A stretch of DNA of 32,785 nucleotides from Perkinsus olseni (lineage: Eukaryota): positions 1-32,785 of the forward strand of contig JABANN010000396.1 in assembly GCA_013115125.1 (NCBI GenBank), given 5' to 3'. A program made the position numbers and the translations under genes. The notes under the pieces were generated by a model. That model worked only from the letters and a program-made list of their open reading frames with translations. It made no database searches and had not been told where the DNA came from. Below, piece by piece: positions 10,942-22,002 of this stretch. The stretch's first letter is position 1, and the number at the start of each line of letters is the position of its first letter.

Positions 10942-12422
10942 ATAATAACCAGACCTGCGCAAACAGGTCGAAGTGGGTTCTCGTCTCGTTCGGTCCTTGC
11001 CCGAAATTTGGAGATCTGGCTTGCTCGCTCGGATGGAACATCTTGTCTTTCGTCTAATAATAGCACCTCTAGCATTAACAGCAGGGATGAAGAGCGGAAG
11101 ATACGGTACCAGCCAGTTGATTGAATAGAGGCCTGGCATATTCGAGAAGAGAAGCGGAAATTTCGTCGTTTTTTCGATATTATTTTATCGCTCATTCGTA
11201 AAGCATGCGTAGGAGGTAAAGCATAGAAGCATCGGTCTATGCTGACAACAAGAATTTATGGTATAAAGGGGAAATCAAGATTCTCGAGAATTTCATTCCA
11301 ACCAAATCTTCGATTATTGAAGGAAAAAAGATTTGCGCTACCACTGCGTCTGTTTTTCTTCATAAGTTTTATCGTAATGTCGTCCGACTGTCCCTTTGCC
11401 ACGCAGGTTTTCCTCTTCCCGTACGATTTATCGGTGCTGCGCCGATCTCCGGCGTCTCTCCGAAGCTCCGAGCTCCGGGATGCAACCATCGACAACAGTA
11501 TGGGGAGCAGCAAGTATATAGCAGCGATGTAGTGGCGGAGACCTGCCTATGGGCGAGTATAGTTCCCAACTACGAATGATGGCTATATAATTTCTCGGTG
11601 ATCATCGATGCCCCTGCGGGATCGAATCGGGCTCATAAGGAGCTCGCTTCTCTTATCCGGCCGGATCGAACGACCTAAAAAACTCATGTTTTCTTAGAGG
11701 AGTCTTTTTGAATGCCTGCGGGTTAGTCTAAACTCCTTCTTAGGCAGTAGCCCCTACTGGAAAATAACGAATCCACTCAGCCACGTCATCGGGGAGTGTA
11801 CCCGGCTGAGGCAGTTCAGATATGAAGTGCGTATCATTATTCTCCGCTGTGCTGTCAGTTACCCTGCTAACTCCGCCCGAGGGATGGACGTAGCGTTGAA
11901 ATTCCCGGCGTCTATCAGTCGCGAGGTTGAAGCTCGGATGCGCCTTACTATCCGGATACGACCGTTGAAGCAAGAAGATACGGTCGAGGTGAAGCGGGAG
12001 ATGCCCACTAAACGGGGGAAGAGGAAGAGAGGCCAGGATGATGGTGAGGAGGGGGGTTACATCAAACTAGCAATTCTCACGCTCACTGCTAAACTCGTTT
12101 ACATCGGGGATTATATTACTCCTTTTTTCGCTCGTACTGCGTAGTATAAGGATTATTACTTGAGCTCGGAGGGAGCTCACATTGGGATGCTGACTATGGA
12201 CGTATATAAGAGTGAAACGGTCTGCCGATTATGATAATCTGTCAACAAACGGGTTATTTCGCATTTTCATGACTAATCGCAGCTTGGGATCAAATCACAC
12301 CGCAATTGCTCAGACATACCCCCTTGACCGCTTCGCGTTTCGGACCAGCTGACTGAGTCCGACGGACTTTATCGCGGAATGCCATAGACAGCAGCTTGTA
12401 CTCTCTCCCCGTCCTCAATAAA

Positions 12423-12508
12423 CCAGTACTGAAACTCAGAGTCAGTTCTGGAACTGATGACTACACGTAAAATGCGGTATCAGAATCGATTCTGAGTCTC
12501 AGAATTGG
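12423..12508. mobile_element. MITE-like dispersed repeat, family A (most complete copy, opposite orientation to copy 1)
   Basis: Termini CCAGTACTGAAACTCAGAGTCAGTTCTG and CAGAATCGATTCTGAGTCTCAGAATTGG form imperfect TIRs of about 28 bp. The reverse complement aligns with 6504-6582. Confidence 0.7.
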
Positions 12509-13653
12509 TATATTGGACAGCTCCCCTCTTTCCTTCCATCCTTTGCTATCGCAGAGCAGTAGTCTGTGTCGTGGTTATGCTGAGTTTGATGTTATCAGGT
12601 GCGCCAGTGGATCAGACTCGTCCGAAGGCGGAAGTCCCTCCCGTTGTTCCGTCGAGTGCCGAGCGAGCAGCAGCCATAGACGAGTGCCTCAGGGAAGCAC
12701 AAAAAACCATAATATCCATGTAGCGCAGTAGGGTGGGGTTTCAACGGCCGACGGAATCTGTATGGTATAGTTGCTGGCGTGATGTCTAAGGGCATGGGAA
12801 TGGCTATGATCGCGTATCTAGGGAGGAGAACGTTCGACTGCAATTCTCTGGAACGGTCTCTCATAGCGTGAGATTCACGTTCAATCTGTTTTTAGGGTGT
12901 CGTTCGAGGGGATGATGAACGACCGGCCAGTGCAAGCAAGTGGCTGGGCATGGGGCTCGGGCCAGCATGAGAGTCGACCGCATTACTCCAAGCCTGATAT
13001 TAGTGGCTCGACCACACCTCAGGTGGGTGATAGGGACATCCTGCACAGGCTAAGGCTCGCACCTTTGCTCGGAATTGTCGAAAACGACACGTTCAAGGCG
13101 CGTTCCGTGGGGTATTATTATATCCAATGAATGGTTACTACTCTCGCAAAAAAGGCGCTTTGTATCTGCGCGTTCCTGGTCGCGATCTCGGCCGTGTTCT
13201 GCGGCCTGTCGGGTGTTTCTAGGATATTTTTATTCAGTTCAGTTATGCAAGTGATGCAATTTGAAAATTTTAAAACCGGCCGTAAGGCTTGGCGGGATGA
13301 ACCATCATTGTTGCCCCATCTGCCCGTGTCTACTCATCATACCGCCGCAGTGTATCATCCATGATATCAGGTCCATCTCGTGTATCTGCCTAAGTCAATC
13401 CAGTTGACGATAGCTCTCGAACCCTTGCATAAACTGGTAGAAGAGCCGATGTCGCCGTTGGAAGAGCTGGCCGCAGCTGAGATGAAGTAGGCCTGAGTAA
13501 ATATATTTGCCCCTGTCTAAAAGATGAATGGTCGCCTCTGCCGACTGTACGACGGGTTATGAGTAACTTCCACCTGTGAAGAGCTGAATCCGCTTTAACT
13601 GTAAGAGCCTCGTAGATTTCAACATATTTATTTGAATAGATAAGACGTGTCTC

Positions 13654-13691
13654 TTGACTACTCAAATTGAGTAGTCAATTGAGTAACTCAA
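13654..13691. repeat. Perfect palindrome (12-bp arms, 1-nt spacer) followed by a second small palindrome
   Basis: TTGACTACTCAA-A-TTGAGTAGTCAA, then TTGAGT-A-ACTCAA. Confidence 0.9.
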
Positions 13692-13979
13692 TCGTCTCCG
13701 CTCAGCTTGCTTCCCGTGTATGCGGTGTCTATGATACCTAGTAACCAGCCGTCCTCGTGGACTGCAGTTTCTCATCGTGTCAGGCACCGTGTGCTGGACC
13801 GTTTGTCCCAGTCCTACGACCCTGAGCTGGCCACGATGCTGACGACTCCGTCGTGTAGCGCCTCTCGGAAGGACACCACTCTTCTTGATGAGTGGTTGAA
13901 TTGGTTGACTCCTTTAATACTCACTTAACGTTTCTGCATAATTTATGTTTTGTCGAGTTTTGACGTCACATTCTTGTTG

Positions 13980-15525
13980 CATGGACAGCTGGCGAATGTT
14001 CAAGGATTATTTTGGCGATTGTGATGCCCGTTGGTCGGATTCTATTCACGCCGCGTGTCCAGCAGGCCTACGCGAGGATGATCCGAACTCTGAAAGAGGT
14101 GGGCCGATGAGGCTGGGAGGCTGTGAAGATGAGAATTCGACCAGTATCTGTATCGGTATGTCAATGATTCGGATCATCCTGTATCGGTATGTCAATGATT
14201 GCGTTTGTGAATCTCTCTCAGGCCATGCCGGGTGACTTGCTTACTCAGCGCGAAATGAGGACTGCGCTACGAGCTAGTCTGAGAGACAACTACCACCTTT
14301 ACCCTGAGGAGGCGGTGGTGCAGGTGAGGAGCTCGAGAATGGTTTCGAAATTCGAAACCTTATAAAGTTATATGATTCACCATTAATTACTCTGTGGGAA
14401 CTTTCGATCAAAAGAACCCATTCCATTGAGGTCGACAGCGGATCTGTGCAGCTGAACATATGCGTGCGCCGTGCAGCAACAAACTCTGCAGCAGCAGAGC
14501 TCGTGCAGCTTCTAGTAGAAGCCTTCTACCCAGCTAGCAAAGCAGACCCGCAGAACATTGAAGATCGCAGTTATCGTTGCTGGAGGATGCTCCAACGTTG
14601 CTGTGACAGCAATGCTGCCCTGACTGGGTCAAGCTCATACTTATCGAACATGCATACGGCGTCTCTACATGGTGCGAGGTCACGTTTCCGTGGATTGCGT
14701 CCAGGAGGACCTTGCAGGATCTACCGCATTTTGAACATACGCAGTTGGCTTGCTTGTCGAATACGTCAGTTCGGCTCAATAGGCTCGAGAAACAGGGATC
14801 GTCAAGCCGCTCAACTCAAGCGAACTCGAGTTCTGTTCGCCGATGTAGGCTATGGTGTAGGAGAGGCGGTCAATGTTGTAACATACGGTAGTCCCGCTTC
14901 ACCAAACCCGTTTGAACCCGGCGATGAGGAGAGGGAGTATTAGAGGGAATATAACGCAATGAATACTCACTGAGAGGGACACGGTTACACAGCCGTTTCA
15001 GACTAGCCGGCGAGCGCTATCGTGCCTCGGAGACAATGAAGATGCAATGTTATCACACTCCGTGGCGATGGCCAGAAGCAGCTTACGGCCCATTTTGAGG
15101 TCTTCCGTAAGGGTGCTATGGCGCCTTTCAGATCACCATCGAGGAGCCGCTCTGAGACTGATGACCGCATCATTCACCATCGGCTCACAACCATGGCTCG
15201 GGAGGACAAAGTATCCCGCTGTCGTGAAACGGAGCTGATCATGATCTGCCCGGTGGTCATCGTCGACAAGAACGGCGCCAACAGTCTGCGGTGTTACCCC
15301 GACAGCAAGATTGACGAGAGGTAACGGATCACGTTGGACCTGAGGAGTGTCAACTCCCTGTCTCTCTCCCACGACTGTGCCGGCTCTTTCGTCTTGCTGC
15401 CTTCCAAGAATGCCCATGACCTCAACTCGGTGGCTGCCTTCGACACCAAAAGCTATCGCCAATCCGAAGTGACGGCCTTCGCGCGGTTCCTGCTCAGTAT
15501 TCCGCCTACTACAAGCTTGACCTGA
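13980..15525 (+). pseudogene. Multi-exon hypothetical gene with an in-frame stop in its last coding stretch
   Basis: Exon-like segments (AMPGDLLTQREMRTALRASLRDNYHLYPEEAVVQ|GTGAG; AAAELVQLLVEAFYPASKADP). ORFs 15118-15324 and 15334-15525 share one frame separated by a single TAA (KIDER*RITLDLRSVNSL). An intron starting at AG|GTAAC is an alternative explanation. Confidence 0.35.
14148..14200. repeat. Direct repeat, 2 x 22 bp, period 31
   Basis: CTGTATCGGTATGTCAATGATT at 14148-14169 and 14179-14200. Confidence 0.9.
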
Positions 15526-16171
15526 AGGATGCGTACAGAGTCTCTGAACGTATCAGAGATATTTATCGAACGAAATGTTTGTACTCGCTATGGCAAGTCG
15601 GATCACAGAGCAAGCTCAAGACAGCGTCTTTTGCGTCGCATGTGAAACAGTGGTCGAATGCAAGTATGTGATCGAACGATGGCCGAACGCAATTCGTCCT
15701 ATAGAAATCTCTCAGTTCCGAGAACGTGACTAGCGTTTTACTATCTTACATTGCAAAGGGGCTCGGGGCTCATCTTTCATTGGGCTTTCTATGCGATACT
15801 CTTACGTTCTCACCGGCCCATTCGTGCTGTGTTTCGAGGTCGTTAGGGAGGCTCCCTGATGAATGTGGCTCTCGTTTATTCGGGGCCACACACACACTTT
15901 TTGTTATGTTTTGTTTTAAAAATCTAGTTTTACTATCTTTTACGTCTCCATCTTGTCCCAGTCCCAGTGTGAAAGTTTTATGAGGGATCGAGAGCCTAGA
16001 TCAGGGGAAATCTCGGACGATCGTTTGACGTGGTCGACTCACAAGTGCTTTTTCAGGAGCTCAACGCCACCATCCACATGTTGCGGTACAACATAGTTCA
16101 GAGCGAGATAGTGAGGAGCCCACACAGCCTCGAAGCAACGCTGGACTTGGCCACTATAGGTGCCATCAGGA

Positions 16172-16526
16172 TCGCCGGGAGAGGCGCGGATGAGGGTCAC
16201 GCTGACACAGGACCATATCGTTCATGGGAAGCCGATCGAGTTGAAGGCCCCTTGGGAGGCTGCGGAGTCGACGAAGATAAAAGCTGATGAATTTGAGAGC
16301 GCTGTGGGTAAGGCTCAGTCATGAGTACGTTGAGGACGCATCATTCTTGTGAATCATGGAAGTCGAGCTGCGTTTCTGTGGACGATATTTTCGTTGGTGT
16401 TGTTATTGTTTAGTGTGGATTAGGTCGTCACTAATCATGCTGGTCCCGCGGGTGGGGGAATCATGCGGTCATCTTTCGAAAGAGAAATCGATTGGTCTGC
16501 AAGGCGTCCTGAGCACCCAATTGACT
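16172..16526. repeat. Local duplication copy 1 (paralogous to 19979-20366), containing the 3' ends of two convergent reading frames
   Basis: Clear alignment over about 350-390 bp. The + frame SPGEARMRVTLTQDHIVHGKPIELKAPWEA...GKAQS* differs between copies mostly at synonymous sites. Confidence 0.9.
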
Positions 16527-16899
16527 AATAGAACTCCTACTGATCTCGGAAATGACAAGGAACGGCTCTGTTGCAGTACAGTATTCAGCTTGAAGCTTGA
16601 TGGGTCTGTTGACTTAAGAGGGGAATAATAAGACGAGAGTCGTGAATACCTGCTCCTTTCTTCCTTCGATTTGAAGGATGCAGTTGAACTTATCTCCCGC
16701 GCATGTTTAGAATGCTCGGCAACTCATAAGTTTCGCTCTTCAACTCACTCATTACAGCCTATGACTTCCCGTGCCATGCCTCCCACAAGCTCACGAGTTC
16801 AACCGCTGCTTCAGCAACCAAATCGCTACTGGCTTCACTTGCCCTCCTCTATTCAGCACAGTATCCGACTAACCTTCATGCACTACAGCCCGGTAGTGG

Positions 16900-19269
16900 A
16901 GAGCTACTCAAACTCATTTTGCTTATCCTGTTTATAGTCAGCCCGATAAGCACCGTGGCTGGCATTGGTGTCTCCGCAGACTTTCCTTGCATCGGTGCCA
17001 CATGCCCCGAGGACATGCGGTAAGCACCCCCGAGTTGACGGTAGTCGCCTCGATACGAGCCAGTGGTGCCGAGGGGATATGGGAACGGCGAGTCGAAGAT
17101 GAAATCAGAGACGCGCTCAAGAGGGGCAATAGCGTAGCTTCGAATGCGTTTTGTGTTCGCCCGAGTAGGAAAACCTCTCCCATATTCACCGAAGCACAAA
17201 CCGTCGCTACTGCAGGAAGTGTTGCTGACGGCAGGCTCCCCGGAAGGGGTCCAACTTCACAAACGCTTCACTTAGAGTTCGAGCTTAAAGCGATAGCACC
17301 AGGGATGAGTGTGTGCCCCACACTGTGGGGTATCCCCGGCACTATCCGTCTCCTTTTATGGGAGACCCTCTGTCGAACAGAGTATGTCCTGAATGCTAGG
17401 GAAATTCCCACATTGAAAGTGAAGTCGGGAATATATAGCGACGCAACAAACAATAAGTCTCAGAACAACGGTCGAGGTAACAAATACGTGCGGGATGCAA
17501 TTGTCCACGTAGGAGCGGTACTCGGATAAAGTCGGTAGAATCGTTGATACAGATTGGCAAGCATGACAGGCTGCCACAGCACACCTAAGAATCCTCCTCT
17601 ATAGGCTTTCGACCGTCTGGTTTCTCATGGTACCCATCGGCTTCAGTGTACCCATCGTGACCCAGTGGATAATATTAGCGATGGGTACACTCAGAGCGGC
17701 CAAGGTTATGGCCAGACGTAGATCGTCCGAAGGCGCCGGCCACATATCTATCGGGATGCTACCGTTCGGTGGCGAGATATAGTTGCTGTACGCCCGCAGC
17801 TGTACCCAACGCACAAACCACTTCTCCCTTGAGTATCAGAGGAATGCGATACGAGTATTGGAACATATCAGACGCGAACACGGAGTTGAATATAGTTTGC
17901 CGACCGACCCTGTGTCGACAACACAGGAAGATCTTAGGTCGACGATATGTTCATGTCTTGCGCGGTTGAATAGCCAACGCGCTCTCATCCCTATAACGTC
18001 GATAGACATGAACCCGGTTCCGTGTGCATGTAGACTCTGTATCGAGTTCAACGTTTGCTTACTGCCGGTGCTCCCAATTTGCACCAAGTACGAATTTATT
18101 TCCTCGAACCACGTGTGTAAGACTGAGACTGTAAGCTTGCAGATACCCTACTGATGGTGCTCGGCATGATTCTCTCGCTGCGGGTGAGTAGTTCCTGTAA
18201 CCTATCCATGTTGAACTTCGGCTTGATGAGCCTACGATGAAGAAAAAACAACAATTCGAAGACGGGAGTCTAGTCACACTGTTAAAAATCACCCGAAATT
18301 GCGGCGACAACTCGTGGCCTTACGATGCATGAGCGTGAGCTACGCGTTCGCCTTCTATTCGAACTTGACTGTGAGCAGCTACGAGGTACAATTACTTCAA
18401 ACAATTTTCACGGCCGACGAAAGTGTCGATTTGGGAGCACCTCTCACGATTAACAATTCCAGAACCAGGATACGTCGACTAGTATCGCTCAGCTTGTTAC
18501 GAGCAATTTCTTTTGTCATCCGTTTCCAGGCGTGCCCTCATAGCTGCGAGCCTCCAAGGTTCGTCGACTCCTGGCCTGTCCAAGAAGGCCTCGTAAAGGG
18601 CTCTTTGAGAAATCACAAAGCGGTCAGAAGGAACCGGTTCGAAGTGCTGCGAGTCTACCCAGCCTCTGCGATCTGCAAATAAGCCGTCGGTGGTGCGGAG
18701 TCCGGTCCCGTTCTTAGACGCAGTTTTTTCGTATTCTTGGAGGACTCGGGAGCTCAATCTGCGCATCACTTGCAGTTGCAGTGAGGGCGGAGTCTTCGCT
18801 TTGATCGTCTTCAACGTTTTGCTTCCCAACAGAAGACTGTATTCTCTCAGCACATTTTCATCAAACACAACACTGTATTCGACGCTGCAGTTCCTTTCCC
18901 TGAGACGACGGTGATGCGCGTCATCTATGCAGCGGAGCGTTACCCTGTCTTATACTCCACATGTGCCACATCGGTAACAAGGTCTCCAAATCCCGGACGC
19001 ACGAGGTACCCTATAACGGTCTACGAAAAGTTCGCACTCTGCCAAGGCGAGGAACGAGTCGAGGTTCACCGTGCAGTGACGCAGAACACTCTCTAACACG
19101 ATAAATGGTGAAGAGATCTTACCTTCGACCGTGTCTCTGGGTCGTAGAATGTCCTGTTCTCCCTGCTAGGAACTTCGGCGTTTACGTTCCCCGAATTACT
19201 GGGATGCGAGGACGATGCTAGCGAGGCAGTAAGGGCCACTAGATGTAGCAGGGCAACCTGTCTGGCCAT
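16900..19269 (-). CDS. Hypothetical secreted or membrane multi-exon protein; 3' structure unresolved, possibly degenerate
   Basis: Signal-peptide-like start MARQVALLHLVALTASLASSS...RSK|GTAAG, followed by exon-like segments (SVLRHCTVNLDSFLALAECELFVDRYR; ERNCSVEYSVVFDENVLREYSLLLGSKTLK; DRRGWVDSQHFEPVPSDRF; FVRWVQLRAYS). Confidence 0.35.
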
Positions 19270-19978
19270 AAGACTAGGAGGCAGGTGGGCCACTGGGAGT
19301 GACATCCAGATTCGCTCAGCCATTCGTGCAGTGCGATCGCCCTAAGCGGAGTATTTACCGCCATTGTTATTGGCCGCTTGGCGTAAGAGGACAACGCTTC
19401 ACCCAATAAGAACGATTTAGGCAGATATGATATGTCGCTCCGGTGGTATGCACCGCCCTATTGTAATAATACACCGAAGTATCATTTCGCGTCGCTGGAC
19501 TGTATTTTTCTCTCCTCGCTCCTCGGACCAGCGAGTCCAAGTCTAGTTTAGAAAGGTCAGACAAGAACCTCATGAATTAACAAGCAGGAGGCCGTTACGG
19601 CCGTTGTGGAAATTCCAACGCTAGGAAGAGTTTGGGCGGGCTCGAAAAATCGCGAGATGGCAAGGAATCGCGAGTGACTCCAGCAGTTGGGATGCGTCTC
19701 ATTATGATGGGGCGGTGTGCGGTTATCGACTTCGGAATCTGTCCCCTTGACACTCAACCTGTTATTTCGAGTTATGATTCAAGGCGAATCCTAATTCTAC
19801 ACCTTTCCCCACTTAGCAAGGTGCCTGATTGATAGCAAGGGCACTTAACTGGGCGGTCCAAATGCACTTTTCCAAGGACAAGGAATCTCGCACGCTCAAA
19901 AGTTATTCTGAGTTGAACCCGCAGGGTCCGAAAGTTGGTTAAACCAAGAGCGAGGTGACGCCCTCCCTTCCCTTCGGG

Positions 19979-20366
19979 TCGCCGGGAGAGGCCCGGATGA
20001 GGGTGACGCTGACACAGGACCATATCGTTCATGGGAAACCTATCGAGCTGAAGGCACCTTGGGAGGCTGAAGGGTCGACGAAGATAAATGCTGATGAATT
20101 CGAGAATGCTGTGGGTAAGGCTCAGTCATGAGGACGTTGAGGACGCATCATTCTTGTGAATCGTGGAAGTCGAGCTGCGTTTCTGTCGAAGATATTTACG
20201 TTGTTGTCTTTGCTCGGTCTCTTGAGTGTGGGACTGGTAGCTGCTAGTATGCGTAGAGGAGTTGTACTGGTTCCGGGAGATGGTACCGCGGCCGGACGAA
20301 TCATGCGGCCGATTTTCGAAGGAAAATTCGATAGGTCTGCAAGGCGTCCCGAGAACCAGATTGACT
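19979..20366. repeat. Local duplication copy 2 (paralogous to 16172-16526)
   Basis: Same alignment as copy 1. The + exon acceptor reads TTCGG here versus ATCAG in copy 1, while the - frame (PIEFSFENRPHD...SSTSS*) is open here. Confidence 0.9.
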
Positions 20367-21107
20367 TGAGGCTGTTTCAAAACTTTGCGTACATGTCTGC
20401 ATTGAGTACGACACGTGAGAGCTTCGGATGAAAACTTTTCGGGACCATGGCCAGCCTCCTCATCAAACGGCATGCCGAATCTCATCGAGTTAGGTGGCAC
20501 GTGCCTAAAGACATGACCGTTCGACGCGCTCTCGGAGGAGACTGACACCATAGCTGGGACAGAGAATTAAGACTCCATGGCTAGACCCATGACAAGTCAT
20601 AGGCGTACCGCATATTGCGCAGTAGTGATCTATTCTTCATAGCGTAGACAACCATTGCACGCGCACCGTAATTTGCGACTCTCGCTCCTACCCTTCGTGA
20701 CCTAGTGTTACCAGTAGGCTGGATGGCTACCGAAAACATTGTAGAGAATGTCAGTGGTCTGTTCCGTTGTGATCATTCCTTCTTGCAGTTCGAATACCCG
20801 CTTGCTCTTTCCTGTGTCGCTGAGGACGGCTCCAGACGCCAGGGTTATGAATATTAAGATTGGGAAGGAGCGGTTTGACTTGAACGAGGGCGAGGAGGAG
20901 ATTCACAGAATGTTCGGGCACATCGACAACTACTACGCGCGGGGGCAAGTCGTTCCGAATTGAGCCATCTGCCACTGAGTGCATTGTTGTCGCTCTCTTC
21001 CTCGGAACCACATTAACAGAGAGAATTTATTCGCCGATGAGCTGTTGTTGCTTTTTTACCTCATCTCTAGTCTTTTCGTTTGAAACTAGCAACATCGACT
21101 TGATTCG

Positions 21108-21798
21108 ATGGTCGTAAAAAGGACCGGCAACGGCAGTAGTCATTTCAGACATACAAACCGTTGGCGAGGGTCTCGGAGTGTTGAAGGCCTGTTGCGACTC
21201 ACCGAGAAGCTGCGCATGCGTGCAGACTACTGCGCGACCAGTGCGTCATCGCGCCTCGCATGCGAGCTGCTAAGAACTGCTATCATCGACCTCTTAACCT
21301 CACGCGAGGCTCTGGGTCGGGCCACGATGAATAATATACTCTGTGACGATGAAGACTGGGTAGGCTTCCGATTGGCTCACGACATTTCCAGCTAGGATAT
21401 GCCTAGTGAGCAGGGCCTAATTAAGGCGGTCATTTTCACTGTAGATGCTGGGGTATTGTCGATAATATCTCCATGGTTCATCATATTATCAAGGAAACCA
21501 TAGTGAATCGAAAAGAGAATATCAACTCGATATTCTATATAGTTTTTTCCTCGACGTCTTCGTCTTCCCGCTGGCCCAAGTGATATTGCATTTTCAGATG
21601 CGCAATACCGCACGTCGCCTACCCTCCTCGGAAGTCCGCCGAGCGATACTCAATCTCTGTAAAGAACTTGGCCTGTCAGAGCTGTCAGTGACCTACAAGG
21701 GCCGTACGACCTTGGAGGGCTCCAACGGCGACTGTGGGCCGTCCGGTGCTACTATGCTGGTGATTTCTTTTCCGCACAACGTGAGTTGCAAATTGTAA
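21108..21798 (+). CDS. Hypothetical protein exons
   Basis: Helical-looking segments EGLLRLTEKLRMRADYCATSASSRLACELLRTAIIDLL...DEDW|GTAGG and TTTTCAG|MRNTARRLPSSEVRRAILNLCKELGLSEL. Not fully resolved. Confidence 0.3.
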
Positions 21799-22002
21799 AG
21801 CAGATAATCACCAAAGTTTTGGCTCGACATCTCATGCTCGATCGTTTGGCTCAGCGGCTTTTCTTGAGCTCAGTCGCACCGGGATAGTAACCTCAGCGCT
21901 CCTCAGCTCTTCTCGCGATGAGAGAGCGATCGTCACTCGGGACTGACGGGAACTGAATACTCGCGTCGGCGATGTTCTTGGCAGTACGTTTGACCGGACG
22001 CA

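Noticed and set aside
8200-13600. Many 60-140 aa ORFs suggesting an operon-like or viral cluster
   Set aside because: No recognisable motifs. They are interrupted by splice-like signals and stops, consistent with unresolved or degenerate host exons.
14148-14200. CRISPR-like repeat-spacer-repeat
   Set aside because: Only two units with a 9-nt spacer, a eukaryotic context and no cas genes. An ordinary tandem duplication.
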